Counted from the first letter of the stretch, positions 39,301 to 47,712 are shown. The stretch: 64,000 bases of DNA from an uncultured Candidatus Binatia bacterium (GCA_964291295.2 OZ219754.1:544001-608000), one strand, 5' to 3'. The notes: generated from the sequence alone by a model not told the origin. Program-made: numbers and translations.

Positions 39301-42176
39301 GCCGTGGAACCGGGCTCAACCGTCACCGGGTCTCCGGTGATCATCAGCGCCGGCCTGTCATCATCATCATCGCTCAAGGTCACCGTGCGGATGTTGGACC
39401 AGAGGCCATTCCGATCATTGATCCCCCGTCCGCGAATCCTCACCTCCACCACCGCACCCTCCGGGTAGAAGGTGTCCAGCCCCCAGTCAACCGTCCGCGC
39501 CGAAAGTACCGCCGAAGCGCCAGTGCGAGAGGTTCCCCGCCAGTCCGTGCTCCCCCTGAGACGATGACCCATCTGCCAATGAAACCAGGTGGCTCCACTG
39601 GGGATAAGATCGCCGCTATGGGTCCACGTCAGTCGAACCCCCACAGCCAAGTTGGGCGCATTCGATGTCGCCCCGGTCAGCACCGGCGCCGCCAGCGCAT
39701 ACGGCGTCGCCGTCACCTCGTCCGACCACACCGACTGCACCCCAGGACTCACCGCCGCGAACAGCCGGAACGTGTATTCCGTCCCCCCCGTCAGCCCCGT
39801 CACCGTGGCGCTCGTCGTGCTCCCGCCCGTGACCGTCGTGGTGTCGCTCCAGCCGCCCGTGCTCTTGTACTGGTAGCCCCAGCTCGTTATCGGAATGCCC
39901 GACAGCGCGCTCCAGCTCAGGGTGACCGAACGGTCACCCCCGGCCGCCGTCAGCACCGGCTTGGGAACCGTATTCGTCGGCGTCGCCGTCACCTCGTCCG
40001 ACCACACCGACTGCACCCCCGGACTGACCGCGGCAAACAGCCGGAACGTGTATTCCGTCCCGATCATCAGCCCCGTCACCGTGGTGCTCGTCGCGCTGCC
40101 GTCCGAAATCGTCGTGGTCGCGCTCCAACTGCCGCCCCCGCTCTTGTACTGGTAGCCCCAGCTCGCCACCGTCACCCCCGACAGCGCGCTCCAGCTCAGG
40201 GTGACCCTGCCATAGCCCGCCGCCGCGGCGCTCAGCACCGGTTTGGGAACCGCCGGCGTCGCCCGCACCACCGCCGACGCGGCGCTGTTGCCGCCGCCGT
40301 TCTGCGCCCGGATGCGAAAACGGTACGCTCTGTCGTTGTCCAGACCCGTCACCGTGTGGTTCGTGGTGTCCGCGTCCGAACCGGAAATGTCGGTCCAGCT
40401 GCCCCAGGCGGCGCTCCCCTTCCTCTGCTGCACCTGATACCCCGTGATCGAATCGTCCTCCGGGTCCGTCCACGACAGCTCCACCTGACCGTTGCCCGCC
40501 TCCGCCGACAACCCCGTCGGCTTGGCGGGTTTGGCGGTGGTGCCATCATTGTCAACAATGGTGATGAGGATGGAGTCGCCCGACCAGCCCCCTGTGCTGG
40601 TGCTGGCCCGCATGGAGAAGTACTCATCCCCCTCCTCCAAGGTGTCCGGAAGAATGCCAACCGTCCTTGTGGCTGTTCTTTGCCCAGACTCTATGGGGAG
40701 GCTACTCGCGGAAGGGCCGCCGGGGAAGCAGATATCTGCTGTCGCGGGGGTCGGATTGCTGCAGTTGTCGGAACCTCCGTTATCATTGCCCACCAGGGTG
40801 CCGATACCCCCACCATAGCTGATGCTGACAAGAAACTCGTCCGGTGCATCCTCGCTGAGGGTAACGGTGAGGACTATGTTCTTCCTTTCCGTATCACCCT
40901 CCGTGATACGGTTATTGGGCTGATCGGTTGTGAGGGTGATGGTCTTGCTGCCAGTGGGGGTTGCCGTTGTCTCATTGGATACCGCACCGTTGCCGGAACT
41001 GTTCACCGCACGCACCTTGAACTTGTATTCCGTCCCGTTGCTCAAACCCGTCACCACATATCTGCCGTTATTGGGTTCACCTTCCGCCGAGTTGGAAATA
41101 TCGGTCCATGCGCCGTAGGCCGCCAACCCGGTCTTCTGCTGATACTGCCACTTGGTAATGGCCGGATTGGAATCCCTGACAGCCTCCCATATGAGCGTCA
41201 CCTTCCGATCCCCTGCATCCGAACCCAGTCCCGTTGTCGCGGCAGGAACGGCCGTGGTGGGGGGATCGTCGTCGTCGGTAATGGTCAGGGTGAGGCTGCC
41301 GTCGGTCCAGCCAGGATGCGCAGCCGAAGAAACGAGCTTGATGGTCTCGTTCGGCTCGTCCCGGGTGTCGGCGAGAATACGCACTTTCTTCGTGCCCATG
41401 GTCTCACCTTCGGCGATGGAGATGTTGGCCCCGTCCGGATGGCACCAGTCGGTGTCCGCCGGATTCAGCGGCGCCGTGCAGGGGTTTGCTCCCTTGCTGG
41501 AGCCTGTGGCCGTGCCGGGGGGACTGGCAGAAATAAGGGAGAGCGAAAAAATCCCCAAATCCGGATCCGCCGCCGGCGCCGCCTCGCCGAGCGTCACGGT
41601 GACCGTCACGTCCGTAAAGCCGGAGTTGCCCTCGGTGATCGAGGTCGATGTCGCCGACAGGGTGATCGTCTTGGTGGAAGTGGCCGCCGTTGGCGTCGCC
41701 GTGGCCCCGTTCGAGTACCCTCCCCCACTAGCGAAGACGGAAAAGTTAAGACCGGTACCTTCCGCCCTTGCCACCTGGAAGGTATAGGAGGTGCCGGGGG
41801 TCAACCCTGTGACCGTGTGGGTTCTGATGGTGGCGCCGCCCGGTATATCGATCCAGTCGCCGTAACCTCCTCCGGTGACCCCCTGTCGGTAAACCCAATA
41901 TCCAAATCCAGTGTTGCCGGTACGGGTCCAGTTGAGCGTGACACTGCCGACACCCGGGGTTGCCGTGAGCGCCGGCTTTTGCTGCGCCCGCGCGTCCTGC
42001 GGCGCGAGCACGGCGAGCGTCACCAGCGCGAAGAAGACGAGGGCGAATGCCGCCTTCAGGCGGCTGGCGGTTCTCCCGAGGGCGCCCACCGGACTAAGCC
42101 CCACAGCCGGTTTTCGGGGGGGGGGGGGGGGGGGCAATCTTACGCCCCAACCGAACCGCCGCGACAGGCCGCTCAT
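36342..42176 (-). CDS. Large surface protein with fibronectin type III and Calx-beta-like repeats and a C-terminal autotransporter-like beta-barrel
   Basis: Signal peptide (AAFALVFFALVTLAVLAPQDARA), several VTLSW...YQY...VTGL..GTEY.F..A FN3 units, TV.EG..GSYT Calx-beta-like units, C-terminal amphipathic strands ending LRGALRW; start could be 42188 (GTG) or 42176 (ATG). Confidence 0.85.
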   Translation of the reverse strand: MSGLSRRFGWGVRLPPPPPPRKPAVGLSPVGALGRTASRLKAAFALVFFALVTLAVLAPQDARAQQKPALTATPGVGSVTLNWTRTGNTGFGYWVYRQGVTGGGYGDWIDIPGGATIRTHTVTGLTPGTSYTFQVARAEGTGLNFSVFASGGGYSNGATATPTAATSTKTITLSATSTSITEGNSGFTDVTVTVTLGEAAPAADPDLGIFSLSLISASPPGTATGSSKGANPCTAPLNPADTDWCHPDGANISIAEGETMGTKKVRILADTRDEPNETIKLVSSAAHPGWTDGSLTLTITDDDDPPTTAVPAATTGLGSDAGDRKVTLIWEAVRDSNPAITKWQYQQKTGLAAYGAWTDISNSAEGEPNNGRYVVTGLSNGTEYKFKVRAVNSSGNGAVSNETTATPTGSKTITLTTDQPNNRITEGDTERKNIVLTVTLSEDAPDEFLVSISYGGGIGTLVGNDNGGSDNCSNPTPATADICFPGGPSASSLPIESGQRTATRTVGILPDTLEEGDEYFSMRASTSTGGWSGDSILITIVDNDGTTAKPAKPTGLSAEAGNGQVELSWTDPEDDSITGYQVQQRKGSAAWGSWTDISGSDADTTNHTVTGLDNDRAYRFRIRAQNGGGNSAASAVVRATPAVPKPVLSAAAAGYGRVTLSWSALSGVTVASWGYQYKSGGGSWSATTTISDGSATSTTVTGLMIGTEYTFRLFAAVSPGVQSVWSDEVTATPTNTVPKPVLTAAGGDRSVTLSWSALSGIPITSWGYQYKSTGGWSDTTTVTGGSTTSATVTGLTGGTEYTFRLFAAVSPGVQSVWSDEVTATPYALAAPVLTGATSNAPNLAVGVRLTWTHSGDLIPSGATWFHWQMGHRLRGSTDWRGTSRTGASAVLSARTVDWGLDTFYPEGAVVEVRIRGRGINDRNGLWSNIRTVTLSDDDDDRPALMITGDPVTVEPGSTATYTVALKKAYAGTLSIASDDTATATVSPPSLTFTTDNYNTAQDVTVTGVKNGTATINHAFRLTGATVDAIPDAGTVDVTVADAPGVTVSTAALTVAEGSSGSYTMRLNAVPSSDVTITVAGEAEDVTVAGSPLTFTTSDWNMPQTVTVNAAEDGDTTTDPDVTLTHSATGGGYGSVSIASVVVSVTESGVVPAKPTGLAAAAGDGSVTLSWTDAGNPTITKWQYRQKAGGESWGAWTDIGGSGASTTSYEVSGLTNGTAYQFEVRAVNVAGNGAGPDAPVSATPTGATPPSTPPGTTPTPPAAGGSGSVRVTPTALTVEEGGTGSYTVVLGAEPTGTVTVTVGGASGEVTVVPRRLSFTVSNWSEPQRVTVSAARDADTADDRATLTHGARGGGYDSVSIASVVVRVRDTTPVLSLETDPAAVAEGEDIHLTVTSDRALTGNLVVSLTLAARDGSGFDAEDLPGGLGPRSLDAVFGATASRRGLVMIPTRTDGEVEGRESYGITLNAAEGYAVGVDAEAEGVLEEGSSEGADRVNRAILPQVAAMALSQTLEAVTRRIEAVSDGGVGGAVRFGAAPGKAVEEKWVGLGDPGQGGPGLREMLDGASFALPLGASGAGGAAAPALWGVGEWRSLSGSERDLSWEGGLWSGYLGADVRVRPDLLAGAAVSYAKGKVDAVSKRGDRTKSRHESRVVSVNPYLAWLRADGTTLWASAGYGRGEVRITEAGAAARTADLSQWIGAVGGRGVLVEDPEIIAGGTTRVAVKGEGSLVQLGTEAGDGLTELTVKASRLRLMVEGSWEHRVGGDATLTPALEVGVRHDDGDVGQGGGVEVGAGVIWRDPGARLTAELRARMLAVHERDRKEWGVSALVILDPGADGRGSYLSFGPAHGRTASGVRGLFDYGPATDSGAGAEESRLEAEMGHGIGIAGPALLTPYAGLSLAESGERTLRLGARYRLGSGVALGIEGTSRPWTNGEQSLMLRGALRW
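39705..40255 (-). repeat. Tandemly duplicated FN3 module inside the adhesin
   Basis: Two ~90-aa units sharing VTLSWSALSG, SWGYQYKS and an identical GTEYTFRLFAAVSPGVQSVWSDEVTATP, with high DNA similarity. Confidence 0.85.
42116..42134. repeat. G19 homopolymer (C19 on the coding strand) in the 5' end of the adhesin gene
   Basis: Counted directly: TTTTC-G19-CAAT; encodes PPPPPPR in frame. Confidence 0.9.
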
Positions 42177-42297
42177 CGCAGCCGACACAGCGCCACCGCC
42201 TTCAAGCTGTCACCCATCTTCGTCATGGCCTCACCTCTATCTTACTACCCGCAATCCCCTGCCGGCGCACACTCGAAGCGGCCCGCGGCGCAGGCTC

Positions 42298-42750
42298 CTA
42301 ACTCGCCGCGAGTTCCTTCTTGATGTTGTCGATGAACCGGTTGAGCATCTGGTCGGCTTTCTTGCGGATGATGGGTTGGCCGAACTCGCCGATCTTGCCC
42401 AGGATGTTGACGTCCGTCGCCACCGTGAGCTCGGTCTCCCGGGCGCTCAGTTCCTTGAGTTCCATGGTGGACTTGCCGCGCATGGCGCCGGCGACCCGCC
42501 GATCCTCGGCCTCGGCCCGGAGCGCTGCGCGCCAGGCATCCTGGTTCTTTTCTTCCAGGACGATCCTGCCCTGGAGACTCAACGAGATGGGACCCACCCG
42601 GACCTTCAGGGTTCCCTGGTAGGTCTCATCATCAAGCTGCTCGACGCCCTCGACGCCCGGAAGACAGGTAGCGACCCTGGGAATGTCCATAAGCAGCTGC
42701 CACAAGGGCTCGCGGCCCGCGGGCACGGTCACGCTCTGGCTGAACTTCAC
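42298..42750 (-). CDS. CoxG/SRPBCC-family protein
   Basis: LWQLLMDIPRVATCLPG, LKVRVGPI, GKIGEFGQPII; GTG start with RBS GGAGG. Confidence 0.85.
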   Translation of the reverse strand: MKFSQSVTVPAGREPLWQLLMDIPRVATCLPGVEGVEQLDDETYQGTLKVRVGPISLSLQGRIVLEEKNQDAWRAALRAEAEDRRVAGAMRGKSTMELKELSARETELTVATDVNILGKIGEFGQPIIRKKADQMLNRFIDNIKKELAAS

Positions 42751-42761
42751 GCGTTCCTCCC

Positions 42762-43628
42762 TCAACTCGCGTTGGCGATGGCCTGCTCGAGCGCCCGCCG
42801 GACGAACACCGCGGCCATCTGTGTCTTGTAGGATCCCGAGCCGCGGAAATCGCTGACCGGGTCGGTGTGCCCCTTGGCCTGCTCCCCGGCTTCGCGAAGC
42901 CCCTCGGGCGTCACCGGCTGCCCCCTGAGCACATCCTCGGAAGCGGTGGCGCGGACGGGTGTGGTGTTGACGCTGCCCATGGCGATGCGAACATCCCGGA
43001 TGGTGGTCCTGGCGGCGTCAAGGGTGACCACCGCGGCCGCACTGACGGTGGCGTAGTCGTCGGCCGAGCGCGGCAGGAACTTGAGATAGGCCGCACCGCT
43101 GTTGGCGGCCATCAACGGCACGCTCACGCCGGTGACGATCTCTTCCGGCTCCAGCACGGTCTCATAGTAGTCGCTGAAGAAATCCTCGGCCGCCACCGAA
43201 CGCGTACCGGCGGCGGAGCCGATCTCGAAGCGGGCGCCCAAGGCAATCAGGGACGGCGGCGGATCCTGGTTGGGATCGGCGTGGGCCAACCCGCCCCCCA
43301 CCGTGGCCATGGTTCGCACGCGCTGCGTGGCCACGTGGTGGTAGGTCGCCCCCAGCACCGGCAGCTTCTCCTGGACCAGCGCGGACGCGTCCAGCGCCGC
43401 GTGGGTCACGAGGCCGCCGATGTGCACACTGCCGTTGTGCTCCGACACTTCGCTCAGCCCCGTCACGTTCCGCAGGCTGATGACGCAGTCCGGCTGCAGG
43501 AGCTGCTGCTTGATCATGATGACCAGCGCCGTGCCGCCGGCGATGAGCTTGCCGTCGGAGCCGAGCTCCCTGAGGTCGGCGTACGCCTCTTCGAGGCTTT
43601 CGGGAGTCCGGTAGTCGAAAGCGATCAT
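42762..43628 (-). CDS. CoxM-family FAD-binding subunit
   Basis: IAGGTAL, RVRTMATVGGGLAHADP, DFRGSGSYK. Confidence 0.9.
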   Translation of the reverse strand: MIAFDYRTPESLEEAYADLRELGSDGKLIAGGTALVIMIKQQLLQPDCVISLRNVTGLSEVSEHNGSVHIGGLVTHAALDASALVQEKLPVLGATYHHVATQRVRTMATVGGGLAHADPNQDPPPSLIALGARFEIGSAAGTRSVAAEDFFSDYYETVLEPEEIVTGVSVPLMAANSGAAYLKFLPRSADDYATVSAAAVVTLDAARTTIRDVRIAMGSVNTTPVRATASEDVLRGQPVTPEGLREAGEQAKGHTDPVSDFRGSGSYKTQMAAVFVRRALEQAIANAS

Positions 43629-44119
43629 TCCTCAACCCCCTGCCGGGTGAACTCGTGCGCCTTCTCGATGGACTCGATGATCTTGTAGTAGCCGGTGCAG
43701 CGGCACAGATTGCCCATCATCCAGTCCTTGATCTCTTCCTCGTCGGGCCTGGGGTTGCGGTCCAGCAACGCCTTGGCCGCCACCACCTGGCCGGGGGTGC
43801 AGATGCCGCACTGGAAGCCGCCGTAGCGGATGAAGCTCTGCTGCACCGGGTGAAGCTCGCCGCCCTCGGCCAGCCCCTCGACCGTTGTCACATCGCGGCC
43901 GTCGGCGAACACCGCCAGGGCCAGACAGGAACTCACCATCTCGCCGTCGAGGAGTACCGTGCAGGCGCCGCACACCCCCACGCTGCAGCCTTCCTTGGTG
44001 CCCGTCAGGCCCAGATCGTACCGGAGCACGTCCACCAAAAGCCGGTTGGCGGGCACCTCCATCTCGTGCTCCGTCCCGTTGACGCGAAATTTGATCTGAA
44101 ACTTGGTCTTCTTGTCCAT
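43625..44119 (-). CDS. CoxS-family (2Fe-2S) subunit
   Basis: GTKEGCSVGVCGACT, QCGICTPG, GNLCRCTGY. Confidence 0.92.
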   Translation of the reverse strand: MDKKTKFQIKFRVNGTEHEMEVPANRLLVDVLRYDLGLTGTKEGCSVGVCGACTVLLDGEMVSSCLALAVFADGRDVTTVEGLAEGGELHPVQQSFIRYGGFQCGICTPGQVVAAKALLDRNPRPDEEEIKDWMMGNLCRCTGYYKIIESIEKAHEFTRQGVEE

Positions 44120-44218
44120 GAAAAACCGTCTCCGATGGTGAGAGCCGTTGCTTGGCTTGGCGAGGTCCGTGCAGGCGCCCGGACGACGCCCTGTTTATAG
44201 GAAGAATCCGGTGGCCGG

Positions 44219-44833
44219 TCAACCCCCGACGGGCGGTGCCGGGCGGCCGTGCGGGACCGCCTCCACCGGCTTGCCCATGAAGCTGCCGATGCGCTCCGCG
44301 AGCTCGCCGAGCCGCTTTTCGCCGCCGCGGTCGAGCAGCACCGACCGCGATCCGGAAAGGACCAGGCGGAGGGATCGGGCGGGGAAAGATTTTCGGCCCG
44401 CCGTGGAACCGGCCACGGCGAAGCCGCTGTACACCTGGTCGTCGGCCACCCTCAGGGCGCGCACCTCCTCGAACCCGAGCGTCAACCGGCGCCGCCGGAA
44501 CAGGCTCGTGCGGGACATCTGCACCCGGCCGGTTCCGCGGTCGATCCGTATCACCCGCTTGAGGGTAAGCAGGAACGCCGCCACCGCGAACAACACCCCG
44601 TTCATGGCCGGAAAATACCACAGATTGCCCACCGCGCTGCCGAGTCCATGAATGCGGATGGCCAGAAAGACCGGAACGGAGAGCAGCAGCAGCAAGGAGG
44701 CGATGCCGAGACACAGGAGCGCGGGGAAGCGCCCGCCGCGCCACACCAGGCGGATCTCGTCGGCGCCCGAAGGTGCCGGGCGGAATCCGAGGCGGTTGCC
44801 GATGGATTCGAAGTGTCGCGGATCCCCTGTCAT
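44219..44833 (-). CDS. Hypothetical membrane protein (2 TM plus soluble domain)
   Basis: Two hydrophobic segments; co-oriented with neighbours; start uncertain (44833 or 44839). Confidence 0.6.
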   Translation of the reverse strand: MTGDPRHFESIGNRLGFRPAPSGADEIRLVWRGGRFPALLCLGIASLLLLLSVPVFLAIRIHGLGSAVGNLWYFPAMNGVLFAVAAFLLTLKRVIRIDRGTGRVQMSRTSLFRRRRLTLGFEEVRALRVADDQVYSGFAVAGSTAGRKSFPARSLRLVLSGSRSVLLDRGGEKRLGELAERIGSFMGKPVEAVPHGRPAPPVGG

Positions 44834-44864
44834 TGACACCGACCGCGCGGTGGAGCCGTCGCGG

Positions 44865-45041
44865 CTATTTCTCCGGCTTGACTCCGTGCCTGCGCAGTTC
44901 CCGATCGGAGCGGTCGCGTAGGTCCCGTCGGGTTCCCCGGGCCTGGGCGCGAATCGTCTCGGTGCAAGGCTGGCAGATACCGCCGCTCAGGGCGGCGACC
45001 TTCGCACACACCATGCAGCGTTGGCGCGGCCGGTTCTCCAT
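44865..45041 (-). CDS. Small CxxC...CxxC zinc-ribbon protein
   Basis: MENRPRQRCMVC...GICQPC followed by a charged helix; fills the gap between co-oriented genes. Confidence 0.55.
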   Translation of the reverse strand: MENRPRQRCMVCAKVAALSGGICQPCTETIRAQARGTRRDLRDRSDRELRRHGVKPEK

Positions 45042-45087
45042 GAGCGCGGAGCTTAACCGAAAACATCCGGCGATCCAACAAGACATG

Positions 45088-45579
45088 TCATGGAAGGGCC
45101 TTGATCTGCGCCGGGCTCTCCAGCACCATCTGCAACCCGTACTTGGGGTGGTCCCTGATCCTGCCGGTCAGCTCGACCTCCAGACCCTGGAACTGTTCCG
45201 GGTGGACGTTCCCGCGCAGGAAACCTTCCACGCTGGACGAGAAGATGACCGCGGTGAACGCGGCTCGGGAGGGGCCGAAGTCCAGGAACCAGGTATTGCT
45301 CCTGGACGAGTGCCCCACGCGGTGGACCCGGCCCCGTATCCGCGCCAGCACACCGTCCAGCGCCTGAAGCCGCTCCACTTCCATCACGTCCACCACCGGC
45401 GGTTCGGCGACAGCGGATGAACCGGCGGCGGAGGGCGGCGCTTCGGCCGGAACCTCCGCGCACCGGCATGGCCCGCTCCAACGCCCGTACACGAGATGGA
45501 CGAGGAAACCGGAAAGGAATGCTCCCAGCAGCAGCACCGCCGTTGGAACGGAGATCCGTCGCAAAAGTTCTGGCGCCAT
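45088..45579 (-). CDS. Membrane-anchored OB-fold-like protein
   Basis: N-terminal TM; IRGRVHRVGHS..SNTWFLDFG...FTAVIF...VELTGRIRDHPKYGLQMVLESPAQI; RBS AAGGAG. Confidence 0.65.
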   Translation of the reverse strand: MAPELLRRISVPTAVLLLGAFLSGFLVHLVYGRWSGPCRCAEVPAEAPPSAAGSSAVAEPPVVDVMEVERLQALDGVLARIRGRVHRVGHSSRSNTWFLDFGPSRAAFTAVIFSSSVEGFLRGNVHPEQFQGLEVELTGRIRDHPKYGLQMVLESPAQIKALP

Positions 45580-45649
45580 ACCCCGACTCCTTGCCCAAGA
45601 GAATCGGCAGAACCATCGGGTTCCTTAGGGAGGATCCGAACCACCCCGT

Positions 45650-45683
45650 GTTCGCCGGGGCCGCAACAACAGGTTGCGAGCAG
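45650..45683. repeat. Bipartite direct repeat, copy 1 (downstream of holA)
   Basis: GTTCGCCGGGGCCG + 3 nt + CAACAGGTTGCGAGCAG; both blocks identical to copy 2. Confidence 0.8.
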
Positions 45684-45784
45684 ATCCAGGCCGCGACGCC
45701 GCCTTGTTCAGACGCCTTGTTCACACCGTCCCTGGCGTGGAGCCGGCGAGTCCGGCGCCTGGGAGTCATCGGCGCCCCGTCCGT

Positions 45785-47104
45785 TCACGGGCGGCACATC
45801 TCCAGGATCAGCCGTTCCATGACGGCCACGGGCTCATGGCCGGAGGACTTGAGGCGGGCATCGGCCTCCCGAACCAATCCCAGGAGGCTCTTGAGTTCGG
45901 CTGGGGTAAACCGCTCCGCCCGCTGCAATGTCAGGTAGTTGGCGTAGGGGCTCCGGGTGGGCAGACCTTGGGTGTCGGCCGGGACCCGTTGCTGAAACTC
46001 GCTGTAGGAGATGCGCCGGCGCCAGACCCCGGCCAGTTCATGGTCGAGAAGCTGGCGGGCGCTCAGGAGACGGCGGACCTGGCTGGCGATGGCGCCCAGC
46101 ACCCGCAACGGATACTCCCCGCTGGCCATGAGGCGCCGGAGAAAGCCCAGGGCTCGAAGCGCGTCCTTCTCTCCCAGCGAATCCGTCAGGTCGAACACCC
46201 AGCTCTCCGACTGGTCCGTGAAGATCTCCTCGACATCGGCGACGCCCACGGTGTCGGCGTCGCCTACGTAGAGCAGCAGTTTCTCGATCTCCTGGTGGAC
46301 GGCCCACAACTCGCTTCCGCAGCGGGACAACACGGCTTCCCGGGCCTGCGGATCGATGCGCTTGCGCGCGCGCCGGAGGCGCTGATCGAGAAAGGCGGCC
46401 AGGGACTCGCGGCGGATGCGGCCACTCCGGTCACGTTCCACCGAAAGGTCGAGGACGCAGCCCTGGCGGCTCAACTGCCGGTAGACGCGCCCGCGCTTGT
46501 CCACCTGGGGCGCCAGCAGCAACAGGCGGCACCCGTCCGGCAGCCCCCGCTCCAGGAGATCCAGGATGCGGCCCGGTTCGTTGGCCCCGGTATTTCCGGG
46601 AGTCAGTTTCTGCTCGCGGCAGTATTGCCAGACGGACTGAAGCACCCGCGCATGGGTCCGGTAGTCCCTGAGGGCGCCCGCCAATGCCGACGCATCCTCC
46701 CCCGCGTCCAGCCACCGCTCCCGCGTCCACCCTTCCGACCGCAGCAACGCCATGAAGACGCGCGCGCCGTCGTCGCGCCGGCCCTCCTCCCAGAGACTCA
46801 GACACTTGTCCAGCAAATCGCCCTTGCGCTCGGCGGGAGCGAACCAGGGAACGTTCTCCACCACCACGGTGCGGGCCGGGACGAACAGGGACCGCGTCAT
46901 TAGGGCGGCCTCCACCTCGCCCCACGCGGCCGCGCGGCCGTCGAAGGCCGCGATGCCAAGGCCGCGGTCGGAATCGGGCGCCAGGACACCCAGAATGGCG
47001 CGACTCGCCCCGCGGACGCGGAACCCGTCGCCGTGGAGCAGGATGAGCGCCGGTCCCTTGCCTTCGCGCAGGCTCCCAAGCAGCGTTTCCAGGTCTTGCG
47101 CCAT
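45785..47104 (-). CDS. holA: DNA polymerase III subunit delta
   Basis: LILLHGD, SLF...VVVE, VDKRGRVY, QEIEKLLLY, VFDLTDSL, EADARLKSSG; contains an internal insertion. Confidence 0.85.
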   Translation of the reverse strand: MAQDLETLLGSLREGKGPALILLHGDGFRVRGASRAILGVLAPDSDRGLGIAAFDGRAAAWGEVEAALMTRSLFVPARTVVVENVPWFAPAERKGDLLDKCLSLWEEGRRDDGARVFMALLRSEGWTRERWLDAGEDASALAGALRDYRTHARVLQSVWQYCREQKLTPGNTGANEPGRILDLLERGLPDGCRLLLLAPQVDKRGRVYRQLSRQGCVLDLSVERDRSGRIRRESLAAFLDQRLRRARKRIDPQAREAVLSRCGSELWAVHQEIEKLLLYVGDADTVGVADVEEIFTDQSESWVFDLTDSLGEKDALRALGFLRRLMASGEYPLRVLGAIASQVRRLLSARQLLDHELAGVWRRRISYSEFQQRVPADTQGLPTRSPYANYLTLQRAERFTPAELKSLLGLVREADARLKSSGHEPVAVMERLILEMCRP

Positions 47105-47141
47105 CCGTCCGCACCGTCAAGAAAGGTCTGAAAAGCCTTGA

Positions 47142-47184
47142 GTTCGCCGGGGCCGAATCAATGGAATCAACAGGTTGCGAGCAG
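47142..47184. repeat. Bipartite direct repeat, copy 2 (upstream of holA), containing an IHF-consensus site
   Basis: GTTCGCCGGGGCCG + 12 nt + CAACAGGTTGCGAGCAG; AATCAACAGGTTG (47165-47177) fits WATCAANNNNTTR. Confidence 0.75.
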
Positions 47185-47236
47185 TTGACTATTGCGCCCG
47201 CACCCGGATCAGACTTTCGTCAACGCGCGGTGGGTG

Positions 47237-47434
47237 TCAACGTTTTGACACCCACATCTGGCTCTTTTCACTCCAGGCGTAGTCCGATTTCCAGATCTTG
47301 AGGCCCACCGTGAAGTCGCCGCCCGATCGCGTGACAAAGACCTTCTGGGTCGAGTGGGGGACGTCCGCCCTGGCCACCAGCATGACCTGCCTGCGCATGT
47401 CGCCCTTCACCAGGACACGGTCTCCCACCGCCAT
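47237..47434 (-). CDS. Small hypothetical protein (65 aa)
   Basis: MAVGDRVLVKGD...YAWSEKSQMWVSKR; protein-like composition and a purine-rich stretch upstream. Confidence 0.5.
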   Translation of the reverse strand: MAVGDRVLVKGDMRRQVMLVARADVPHSTQKVFVTRSGGDFTVGLKIWKSDYAWSEKSQMWVSKR

Positions 47435-47712
47435 GGCGGTACGCTGTCCCTTGATCCTTCTCATGCCCGAGAAGTTACCATCACCCACCCGGCCGCGCAA
47501 TTTCACGGCGCCGCGACCCGGGCACGACGGCAGGCAGGAGCAGCTTTCTTGTCGGCATGGTGAAGAAGGCCCGCACCGCCGCTGGTTCCGCCGCAAGCCA
47601 AACTCGGCGATAGCCATGCGCTGCCCGGCGGCAGCGGCCTGACACCGACGCTGGAAATCGGCGCGCGCCGCGATGGCCGCCACGCCGCCAGCCAAGGAGT
47701 GCATCCGGAACG

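Noticed and set aside
39588-39597. GGTGGCTCCA matching the tRNA-Thr 3' end as an att site
   Set aside because: Only 10 bp, inside the adhesin coding region and upstream of the tRNA, with no integrase nearby; probably chance
36081-42323. 2080-aa plus-strand ORF, and similar long ORFs such as 25367-28837(-), 8526-10949(+) and 526-2574(-)
   Set aside because: Antisense or alternative-frame shadows of well-supported genes in high-GC DNA; Arg/Pro/His-rich with no motifs
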